A DNA stretch of 59,919 nucleotides, filler included, from Sphacelaria rigidula (lineage: Eukaryota), in NCBI GenBank assembly GCA_964200075.2. It is 8 parts of 8 records of this genome, joined end to end, with 100 filler letters (N's around TTAATTAATTAA, not from the genome) between each part and the next. Parts side by side here need not be neighbours in the genome. Positions count along the whole stretch, not along the records: positions 45,017 to 52,418 come from CAXNAA020015085.1; positions 52,519 to 59,919 come from CAXNAA020015086.1; 6 more parts are not named here. One strand, 5' to 3'. Shown here piece by piece: positions 50,258-59,919 of the stretch (position 1 is its first letter; each line of letters starts with the position of its first letter). The translations under genes and the position numbers were made by a program. The notes beneath the pieces were generated by a model. The model worked only from the letters and a program-made list of their open reading frames with translations. It had not been told where the DNA came from and ran no database searches.

Positions 50258-50711
50258 TTTTCGCCAGATTGGGTGTCTAGCATTTGATTGAGAATGCATG
50301 ATCCACTCTAACTTGACCGCTTTTCCAGTTTGTTTGTGTGCATTTTTTGCCCGTAACAACGTCGTGTGCTTACAGCCGAACTTGGATATCCTACTCAGGG
50401 ATATAAGGTTTCAGTGCCAAGCTACTATTATGCAGAAAGAGTATCGCCTCAATATATAAGGTCTGGAGGGGCATTGGGCAGTAAACCTGTTTCAGACAAA
50501 AATCGGCCATTTCTGTAAAGATGGAGCTCTTGACCTCTGCTGATTGATGAGGCCAATCCAACAACATATACGTTAGACTCAGGCCACGGCATAAGAGCTT
50601 TCATACGAGCAGCCCCTCGACTAGCTCTGCAAAGTATTGCCCAAGAAATCGTAGTCGATAGGAATACAGGCTGGTTCACGCTGATCGCCCGAAAAACACT
50701 CATCGGCACAA
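50258..50711 (+). pseudogene. Decayed integrase-like fragment, with a diverged inverted copy at ~51950-52230
   Basis: IVVDRNTGWFTLIA on + and DTCTGWFTLIT on -. Shared nucleotide blocks TTTTC.CCAGATTG.GTGTC.AGCATTTGATTGAGA and GGCTGGTTCACGCTGATC occur in opposite orientations. Confidence 0.4.
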
Positions 50712-51440
50712 CCTCACGCCGTTTTAAGGAGTAAGACACCGAAATTTTGCACGGGTTTTCTATGGGGCATTACGCAACTTTCGAAGGTCGAGTTTTTTTT
50801 ACTTCAAGATTTTTGTCACCGTTTTTCGGGGGTCCCACGTCATTCGGGAAAGCGTCGATCCAGTCGGACCCCCGCAGAACAGAAAAAAAATGAAAAAATA
50901 AAATCCTCGTTTCTCCGAAGTTGCGTGATGACCCATAGAACAATTGAGCAAAATACCAGGGTCCGAATCCTTAAAACGGCGTGAGGTTTTTCGCTTTTGT
51001 GCGATGAACTTTGCCGTGCCGCGATGAAACCGCAAACTACTTGATTTTTGTACCAAAACGGCGTTTTAGGGCCTTCTCTGACGTGAGCATGAAAATTCAA
51101 GCACCAGGTGATCGATTTTTTCGCCAAATTTTGTGGGGCTCTTCCTTAGGTTGTGCGGCGACAGCTCGCTCGCGAAAAAAATTAAAAATATGTATCGTAG
51201 TGCCGATTTTCTGGGGTCCCAGAATGGAGACTACTGCGAAAAACAACTTGGATCCCATCGGACCCCCGAAAAACGGTGAAAAATTCAACTTATAAAAAAA
51301 ACTCGTCCATCAAAAGTTGCGTAATGACACATAGCGTATTTGTGCAAAGTTTCATAGTCTAACTCCTATTAACGGCGTGAGGGTTTGCGCATTTGTGGAG
51401 GACGTGGGCTTGAAGCATGCAGCTCCTAACTACTTGGCTT
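50712..51440. repeat. Foldback-type repeat with one left arm and two right arms
   Basis: CCTCACGCCGTTTTAAGGA...CATTACGCAACTT...CACCGTTTTTCGGGGGTCC (50712-50836) is inverted at 50865-50986 and again at 51260-51382. Confidence 0.8.
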
Positions 51441-53902
51441 TATTATGAAAATGTATTTATCGGTGAATTTCACGTCATTTCTCAACCAAACATTGCACAT
51501 GTGTTCCTCGGACTACCTCCGGGACGCATCATTTTATTACTTATCCCTTGAAGCATTCTGTACCGCCTTTCGGGGGTTTTCATACTGGGACCCCGGAAGC
51601 CGGTACAGAACGGAGAAACAATGAAATATTGTCAACAATACATTTTTTTTCATTTCGAGCACCAATACCTACGGAAATGCCAAGTTGGAGGGCAATCTCA
51701 GCTTTTCTGCAACAGATACAGGGGACACGGTCAAAAGGCTTCCTGGGTCTTTCGTGCGTATCATTCGTGGAAATCAGACGACGCCAACACCCGAACGAAA
51801 CATCATGGTTTCGGATATGACTCGACCCCCGTAGGAAACGTTTTTCATTATTTTTTTTCGTTGCATTCCCGAGCCGATGACGGTTACTACGGTTTGAAGC
51901 ATGTGGAGATTGGGTGAGAATTGGGCTTGGAATTCGTAATTTCGATCTCCGAACAATTTGATGGGCGCTGATTGGTCAATATACATTTTCACCCTTAGCG
52001 CCATCACTGTGGACTTGCACACGAATTCGGCTATGTCACGCTCTTCAGCTGTCCATGGCGGTCAGTATGAAATCATGTATGCGATTATTGGGTAAGTATT
52101 GCGAAAGGCATTTGCTGATGACACAATTTTGGGTGATCAGCGTGAACCAGCCGGTACATGTATCATGAATTTCCTATTCCTTGGGTTCTCCATCTCAATC
52201 AAATGCTCGACACTCAATCTGGTGAAAACGTTGTTTACAGTAGATGTCATACGTGTCCCATTTTCTTCACACCCTGGGAAATATATTGCAGTAACAAAAT
52301 GTACTGCGTAGGTGGTCGACCCAGTGGCTCAGTTGGTAACCTCAAAACCTTCTGACGGCTGGGTCGAGGGTTCAATTTTTGGAGCGATCTGGGACTTTTT
52401 CTCACACCATGCCCAACANNNNNNNNNNNNNNNNNNNNNNNNNNNNNNNNNNNNNNNNNNNNTTAATTAATTAANNNNNNNNNNNNNNNNNNNNNNNNNN
52501 NNNNNNNNNNNNNNNNNNCTCCGGGTATCGAACCCCACAATTCAACCGTCAGATGGTTACGAGGTTACCAACTGAGCTACCGGGGCGACCGGTCAAGTGG
52601 GCGCCATGGATCTCGATTTTTCCCAGAACATGTGCGGAGGACTCGAGCTCCGTGTAAAGATCTAACGACAACGGAGAGTTTCGGAAAATGCTTTCTTGTC
52701 GTTTCGGAGTGCAAATATCTCAGAATCAGAGTGCAAAACAAAAAAAACATATCACCCTGCCTCACCGAACAAAAAAATGAGGGGGTACCACATTTGACCG
52801 AGGGGGAGATCATTTTCCGTTACCCCTTGATACTGACATATTTGCTCTCTAAAGATGACAGGAAAGCGTTTTCCGAAACTCTCTGATGGGGGAAAATTTT
52901 ACGGCAGCTTGGTTGGCCACCCCTTTTTTTGAAACAATAACAGTGACTGCGACATGGGTACACCGTCAACCCTTTGGGCGCCTGGACGCCTGACGAGTAC
53001 AGGTAGCTCAACGCTCTTCTTTCGATTGTGCTGATTCAATAATGAAAATCGAGTGAAGAGGTAGCCGCAGGATTTGACCAAACAAAGCCCGCTCAAGGTC
53101 AAGCGTTCGAGGAGACGGTTTGGGGAAAACCCTTTGAAGACAAATCCCCCTCTGATGCGATAGACACGTCAACCTATATCCGCCAACTTACATCTCCTTC
53201 ACTCCTTATTTTTTGCCACACTTTCGACTTCTTCGTCTCGGCACGCGCGTTTCATTTTGATGACGTGGACTGGATCATGACAACAGCACCGTATTGTCAT
53301 CGACTCGGTTATGAGAAATTACTATTTTCAGAATTGTACTCACGCTCGCACGTTTCCAACAACTAGAACCACTTCATCTTTCTGAGAAAGAAAAGGCAGC
53401 TGCCCAGAATCGAACACGCTTTTCCGCAAGCTTGTGCTATCCAGTGAACGTTTTTTTTTGCTGTCGGTACCCACCTTTAATCGCAACCCTAGGTACCGAA
53501 ATGGCACAGGCTTCATATGGGAATGATTTCGTGGTGAATAACATTATTTGCGCAAAGCGCGATTATGGCCGGGCGTTCAAAATTGGCACGCGGCAAGGAC
53601 TGACGACCCGTTTGAAATCAGGCGAAATATGAAAACATGGGACACGTTCTTCTTCTCTGTACCGCAGCACCACCACAACTCCCGTCCGCTCTCATCTACT
53701 GTAGCAATCACCATTATGTGGTGTGTTTAGACCTTGCGAAGACGGTTTGGTGTCCGCTGAGATTGCCTCAGCTGCTCTATTGTTGTTGTGTTCGTCCCTT
53801 TGTAAAATATAGTATTAGTCGGGACGGAGTGTGGTCCACATACGTGACTGTTGAAAACTTGGTGTTTCCCAGACGCGTCATTTGCGCGATAGCGAACAGA
53901 CC

Positions 53903-54126
53903 TGGGTAAAAACACACAGAGCCGGTATACAGCGCTCGACCTAGATCCCGTGCTCCGGTGGAAGGGGCAACCCACGGCATAGTGCGGACATACTGCACCG
54001 CCAGGGTGCTGCTAGCACCCGTCAGCGTGACGGCCGCTGCCGCTGGCAACGGCGCCAGCGCACGCGGCCACGGAAAGACACAACTAGATATCAAGATGAG
54101 GATACACTGATTCATGAGCATCGCAA
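53903..54126 (-). CDS. Possible first exon with a signal-peptide-like N-terminus
   Basis: MLMNQCILILISSCVFPWPRALAPLPAAAAVTLTGASS..., GC-rich, with a candidate donor CCCAG|GTCTG. Downstream exons are not confidently found. Confidence 0.3.
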
Positions 54127-55179
54127 TGACCCCGCGACGGCCATGTATCGCTCCCTGTCTGCTTGTTTGCTTGTAGCTTCGTTTCTCTGCTGCTGCTTTT
54201 TCGGTCCCGGAGGTACTTTTCACTCCTGTACTGTAGTACGTACACTGCATCTGTGACTGCAGTTGTGTGTATCGTTGTCCCAGCTATTTTGGGCGCCGGT
54301 CTTCACCTTTCGGTATATGCGGTATGCGAGCCAATTACAGCATTTCATACTACATAATTTACCAACAAGGTCATATTTTATTGGCGCTAGATTCAGCCGA
54401 TCCTTCGCTGAAGGGCCTCTGATTGGTTGAATTCCACATCTTACGACAAAAATCTACCCCCCACGTGTGGGCATTGCGCCGCGAAAGCCACATAATCCAT
54501 TTTGGGCCGACCTCTGACAGCACGCCCGATTGTATGAGCAGTGAAATTCTCACATCACTTGGGCGAGATGCCTGAGATCAACTCTGAACCAGGTCCTGTA
54601 CTGCACTGTTCCCAAGGGTCGGGAGTATTATCCCTTCCTGGGAGAAAGGGAGAGAGGATAGCGTGAGTTTGTGCGAAACACACTATACGAGCGTCCACAC
54701 TTCACCTGCTGCTGGACGCCAAGCAGTCGTTCTCGTTTCTGCTGCGGGAGTGAATAGAGGGCAGTACCGTGCGCATTAGACCTGAGACGCTGCTCGAAGG
54801 TATTCGATGGTCTCCTTCATGAGCACAGCTGCCACACCTCTTACGATTGGGAAGCTTCTCTACATTTTTCGTCAGGTCTGGACACAGAGAATGGATCCGT
54901 CCGCCATACCGTCACTGGTCACGCACAGGGTACTGATGTATCGGAGAAAAAAAATCCCGCCAAACACTACAGATTCTTCGGATTATTATACTACAATACA
55001 GTGCTGCTGGGCGCAGTACCTGTTCGGCCTCCTATGAAAATTCCTCGAAACCCATTTGTCGGGCGCGGTGGGTCATCTCAATCTGGGTCGTGGGAGTCCT
55101 TTCTCAAGCGCAGCTTACTCCAGAAAAGATGAAGTGACTGCCCTGGCGGTCAAGGGTTCACTGGACAATGTGGGTAAAA

Positions 55180-58100
55180 AGTCAAAAGTTCAATGTAGGT
55201 AAATCTGCACATTTGAGCCATCCTTCAAATTACCGTCATGCCGACCTAATCGACGACCCACCCTAGCGGTCAAAGAGTTTGAATTTAGGAGAAGAGGCAC
55301 GGTTTTGGACGACAAGCCCTCGGCTGCACTGGCACCTGGCACCAGGAGCGCGGTGGATGTGTTGACGGAACAGTGATTTGCGAGTACCTCAAATCTTCTT
55401 CAGCCATCTTCTCGTGTTGCCGCGACTACTCTTACGTCAAATCTAATTCTTCCCATATGCCCCTGGTGGCGCACAACCTGGCTTTGGACTGTGCGCTATT
55501 CCGGAGAGAATATAGCTCAAGGTTCCCTTTGTATTTCACGAAAAGTTACCGTCGAATATACCGGGAACCCGGGAACCCCGGGCTCGAGATACCTGCATCA
55601 ACCTCTCGACCACGAGCATTCAAGTCATTGGTTGGATCGGCTTCAAATTCACTCGAGAAAAGTATGCATGACCCGGATGGACTACCGTCGCGGCCGTCGC
55701 CGAAACCGTTTCGCGAGGCGATTTCGCGCAGCATAACTCTACTCTTCGCCTACGCCTACACTTCGCTTCTTCTTCTCGCCGGCTGAAGCACAAGATTCGG
55801 CCATCTTCCTATCGGTGCTCTCAGTTCAAGCACCGTGTGTAGCTTTTTTGCAAGCAGGGAGGGCCTGAGAGCGAGCTCAGGGCGAGGATATTATTGTTTC
55901 AGGACCAGGAGAGCATGGGTATATTCATACATGGTGTCTAACTGACCGATAGGAAGTGACAGAAAGCCAGAAGTACAAGCAGGACGCGGGATAACTTCAT
56001 TGCATAGCTCGTGAACGGCAACATACTGATGGTGTCGTACGTGTCGATAACGAGTGTGAAAACTCTGCTTTCCATGAAACTTGTTAGATCGACGTCACAC
56101 ATCTCTGGTCCAAGCTCCTCGACCCCACACTTCCCTTACCCGCGGGACTGCCAGCAACACTACAGCTCAAAATACTGCGGGGAATGGGGTCTTCCAAGGT
56201 CGGACACAGTAGATGTTATTCGGAGGGATTAGTAAACGCGACGGCGTATCACATGAAATCCAAGCGACGAAAGGCTGTAGGCTGCGCGTGGTGAGCATGT
56301 CGAGAAGCGACAAGGGGACATCGAGCACATCCTTTGTTGTACCAACCACGCATTTCTATTTCTCGCCAAACGGAAACCCCCCTCGACGAGCAGTAAGCGA
56401 GGCTCATCTCACTTTACTCTCGCCCTGGCGGTAGACAGAACCCTTCCGCCTGTTCATCTCATGTCACTGTCGGGTGATGTACCGTCACAACGGTTGCTCA
56501 GGCCAGGGCCCGGAGCCCAGAGCCCGACGAAGTGTATGCCACCTACTTCGAATATGATATGTATTGATACTACTGACGGTCTTGCCTGTCTGAACAATCA
56601 ATGCAAGTAAAATACGCAACCAACCGAGGATACGATCTAGTATATATAACACAGTAGTGCTCGGGGATTCAACATCGATGGGCGGACAGACGAAAGCAGG
56701 ACTGCATTCAGACAGTTTCCTACAATACCGGTTGCACTTTTGCAACAAGTGTTTGCAATACCCAAAATATGTTGTTTGCACTCTAGACGAGACATATCAA
56801 ACTCGAGGTTCCTGGTACATCTCACAGTGAATGCCAATCATTCTTCGCGTAGAGGCGGAAAACCGAGAGCGGACGATGAATGAGCGAATACTCAACGATG
56901 GCGCATGGATTCATGAGCGGCCAACGTCATGTCTCTTGGTATGAAAAAAAAGCCGTGCACGGTATATTTCATCTCTGGGGTCTTTGGTCTAACCCTGGAG
57001 ACTAGGTTGATGTCGATTGACCTTGACCTGTCGGAATAACCGGCACGAACTGCCCAACGCGTTTCATCTCCTTTCCCATTCATACACCAAAATACAGTAG
57101 GGTGTAGGACAGACACAACACGACGTCCTTCTTTTCATGCCTCGCCAGCTGGACGCGGTGCATGTACGGTACGCGTATGATTTTGAAAATATAAAGGGCA
57201 ACACAGGTACCAGCATGCCTCTCGATAGGACACGGTAGGCTTCGGGATTTTTCGAAGCGAAACACTACAAATGACCAGGACAAAATGGAGTTGTTTACGA
57301 ACATCTCGTTTCACGACTTTGCCCCGGTCACGTAATTTTGGATCTTGGTGGTGGGCACAAGGCCGATTGAATACGGGGAAAAGTGAGAAGTCATTACCTC
57401 AGCGCTGGAGGGTAAAGCAGAGGAGACAGTCATCATGAGAGCAAGAGTATCCAGCACCGTGTTACACCGGTGCAACGTATCAAGTGCCTTACTGACTGCA
57501 GTAAATGTCCGGGAGGAAGAATTGTGGAGTGCAGATAGTAGCATGTGCTCTCGGGTTCACAAGTACTGTCGATAACCTTCAGTAGTATTTTCCACCCCCA
57601 CCACAAGAGAGACAGATTCAGGCACACCCTTCACTGAAGGACTGACTACATCTCATGGATGGAGCATCCACACAACGTTCGGAAATGCTCCACGTCCAGC
57701 ATTCCTGTCCTCCATCCCGGGTAAAACTCCGACAGTGTGCCTCCCATACCAAGGTAGATCCGTCAATGTACTGTCTGGTCCCGACCATCAGGACAGTACA
57801 AATTGCGGTCTAATGGACCAAGCAAATGTTTATGCCGCAAATTCAACGCTAGCGCACACCAGCCTCGACAGCCTGTCTCTTCGTCCTTCCCACGGAAGAC
57901 ACCGCATTTACATGTTCATGAGATGATGAAGTGACGAACTGGGGCCCCTTTTCTGGTTCACTCGTCGAGGTATATCGATGGAGACACCCTCCCACCTCCG
58001 AATTGCCATGAATTTGGTGTAGGGTCTCGCTCGGACGAAACTTGGCATTGCTGAATGTTGACATGAAAATTGTTCGTGAGTTGCTCCGGTTCTTCGTGGT

Positions 58101-58455
58101 GTCCCAACGTACGGTGGTTCAGAGGGGGGAGATTCGTTGATTTCTCACAGTTGCGTTGCTTCTTCCGTGGGCGAGGCGCGAGAAAAAGACTCATGACTCC
58201 AGACTCAGTGACAGCACGCATGCGCATATACGTATCTACGTCAAGTTCCTTCCACCACTCTACGCGCGTGTGCCTATGAATGCCCATGTTATCCATGTCG
58301 GCCACGCACGATATTTCATGGGTCATCAACGTACAGCTCCTCCCGACGCATCATTTGAACGGCCTACATTTTGCAGAACATGCCGATATTTTTAGCCGAA
58401 GTATTTTGCGAGTCATTCATTTCAAGGATTTTCGTTCCTAGGTGGGAGTGGCATG
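55180..58455 (+). pseudogene. Heavily decayed Ty1/copia element (gag knuckle, integrase, RT, RNase H, PPT)
   Basis: Motif remnants occur in copia order: FNVGKSAH (~55190), HMPLVAHNL (~55455), VRVDNECENSAFHETC (~56036), DFAPV and LHRCNVSSALLTA..EEELW (57315-57530), KVDPSMYC (~57750), ARTKLGIA (~58030), STHAHIRIYVKF...ERPTFCR (58210-58390), then purine-rich AGGTGGGAG before TGTTAC (58454). Confidence 0.6.
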
Positions 58456-59919
58456 TTACACACGAGAACGGCAAGACTTCCCACGTACAGGCACCCTCAG
58501 CCTCGGAATTGGGGAATGAAGGGGAAAGCATGAAGGCTGTGTGCTGCTACTGCTGCCGTTGCTACTGCCGCTGCTGCCCTTCTCAGGAGGGTGGGGGCAC
58601 TATCGCTCTGCCGTACTATATTGCCTTCTGTAATGCACCGTCCGTGTGTGCTTCTCCCCGCGCTTTTGTGGTATGTAAAAAAGGACAAAAAACTATACAA
58701 CACGTTGGATCCGGAACAAGGGACAACAGGTACTCTCTGAGAGGACACATGTGCGAGCGAGACGAGACGATCATAAGTGCTATAGCCAACTCTACCGTCC
58801 ATCCGTCTTCGAGTGCTCGTACGTCGCACAACCCAATGGTTCACCAAGCACGCAGGACAATATGTGCGAGTGACGTTCCGCCTCCCGCGCCCCTCCCACC
58901 CCGCGGCGCACGTCCATCTCCGGAACAATATCAAGCGCATCGACTGAAAGGGGCAGAAAGAGGGCTTCTTAGGCTGCAACTCGGCGATCAAGATGTACCG
59001 AGAGGGGACAACTTTCATTGCCACACATCTCTGCATGAAGATGGACACCACTCCTCACCTTGTGGTTTGAGTAAAGGAGTGCTCCTTCTCCCTTCCTGGT
59101 CGCCTTTTATTCAAAGAAAAGCTTTGCTCCGCACCAGAGGCAGGCAGTTGTGTAAAAATAGTTCTTCGCCGGCTGTAGGGAGCTGATGTAATACTTTTCA
59201 ACGTAAAGCGGGGGGGCGGGGCGAGTCACTTTTGACCACCCGACAGAGGCATGTCGGGGCCCAAGGAAGTTGGTTGGGGCGGATGCACATATGGAATATG
59301 ACAGACTTGACATACCTCTTTATCTATGGGTACAGCATAGCAAAAGATCGCCGGTATCTTTGCGATACCTCGACCGTTACGGCATGCTACCCCAGCCCCA
59401 GCCCCCGCCCCCGCCTCCGCCTCCCTCCACCTTGGCAAAAAGTACTTGACTGAAGGATTTTCATGGACACATACGGAGTTTGCGTCGCTGGACTTTCTCA
59501 AAACGTAGCGAGCGGCATGCTGCATGCACCATTATGCATAAAACCGTACAACAGTAGAGTAGGTATATGTCGAGCTTTCAAGAAGCTTGTGTACATTGTA
59601 CAGACAACAGTGTAGTGATACACAGCGCGATGGCAGCATCCGGCTCGGGAAAAAGTTGGTACTGTAATGGGGTTCACGTGCTCTCCAATGGCCGACAGTT
59701 TTCAGGGCCTAGAACAAGACCTCATAAAACCCTTGTCTGTGCCATAGCTGCTAGGAGTCTGCGCGGCTGACAGCAAACTAATATGTTCGGTACTGTCTGT
59801 CTGTACTGTTGTACCGTTTTGAATTGCCAAGTCCCCCGGAAAATATTAAACTGGTACTGCGGTCGCCCCGGTGGCTCAGTTGGTAACCTCGTAACCTTCT
59901 GATGGTTGAGTTGGGGGGT

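Noticed and set aside
58900-59070. Selenoprotein candidate (NNIKRID-TGA-KGQKEGFLGCNS)
   Set aside because: It has a single in-frame TGA but no redox motif, clear exon boundaries or identifiable SECIS. A mutated Trp codon or chance is more likely.
59861-59919. tRNA gene
   Set aside because: It is an A-box-bearing head identical in type to the SINE at 34755-35127, with no closing acceptor stem.

Overview
This window is not one locus. It is eight separate contigs of 7401-7403 bp (1-7403, 7504-14906, 15007-22409, 22510-29912, 30013-37414, 37515-44916, 45017-52418, 52519-59919), joined by an artificial 100-nt linker (44 N + TTAATTAATTAA + 44 N, which puts stops in all six frames). The DNA is eukaryotic, intron-rich and dominated by repeats. 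The short GT-AG exons, long introns and repeat types suggest a brown alga or other stramenopile, but that is an inference from recall, not a search. Host genes, all partial: an ankyrin-repeat protein of the AKR1/TIP1/ZDHHC13-17 palmitoyltransferase type (contig 7), a three-exon GNAT-like protein with a Lys-rich tail (contig 4), and a small, probably mitochondrial protein (contig 5). Mobile DNA: decayed Ty3/gypsy chromovirus and Ty1/copia elements, tRNA-derived SINEs, several MITE families, and a TA-flanked mariner-type element containing a ~940-bp palindrome. Two items stand out. One is an intron-containing P-element/THAP9-type transposase next to a spliced accessory gene (contig 6). The other is a LINE and a ~570-bp non-autonomous element that share a ~75-nt 3' end and terminate in, and insert into, poly(C) rather than poly(A). 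Most ORFs in the supplied track are spurious. I see no CRISPR array, rRNA or true tRNA gene. All family assignments come from motif recognition by eye and need confirmation.
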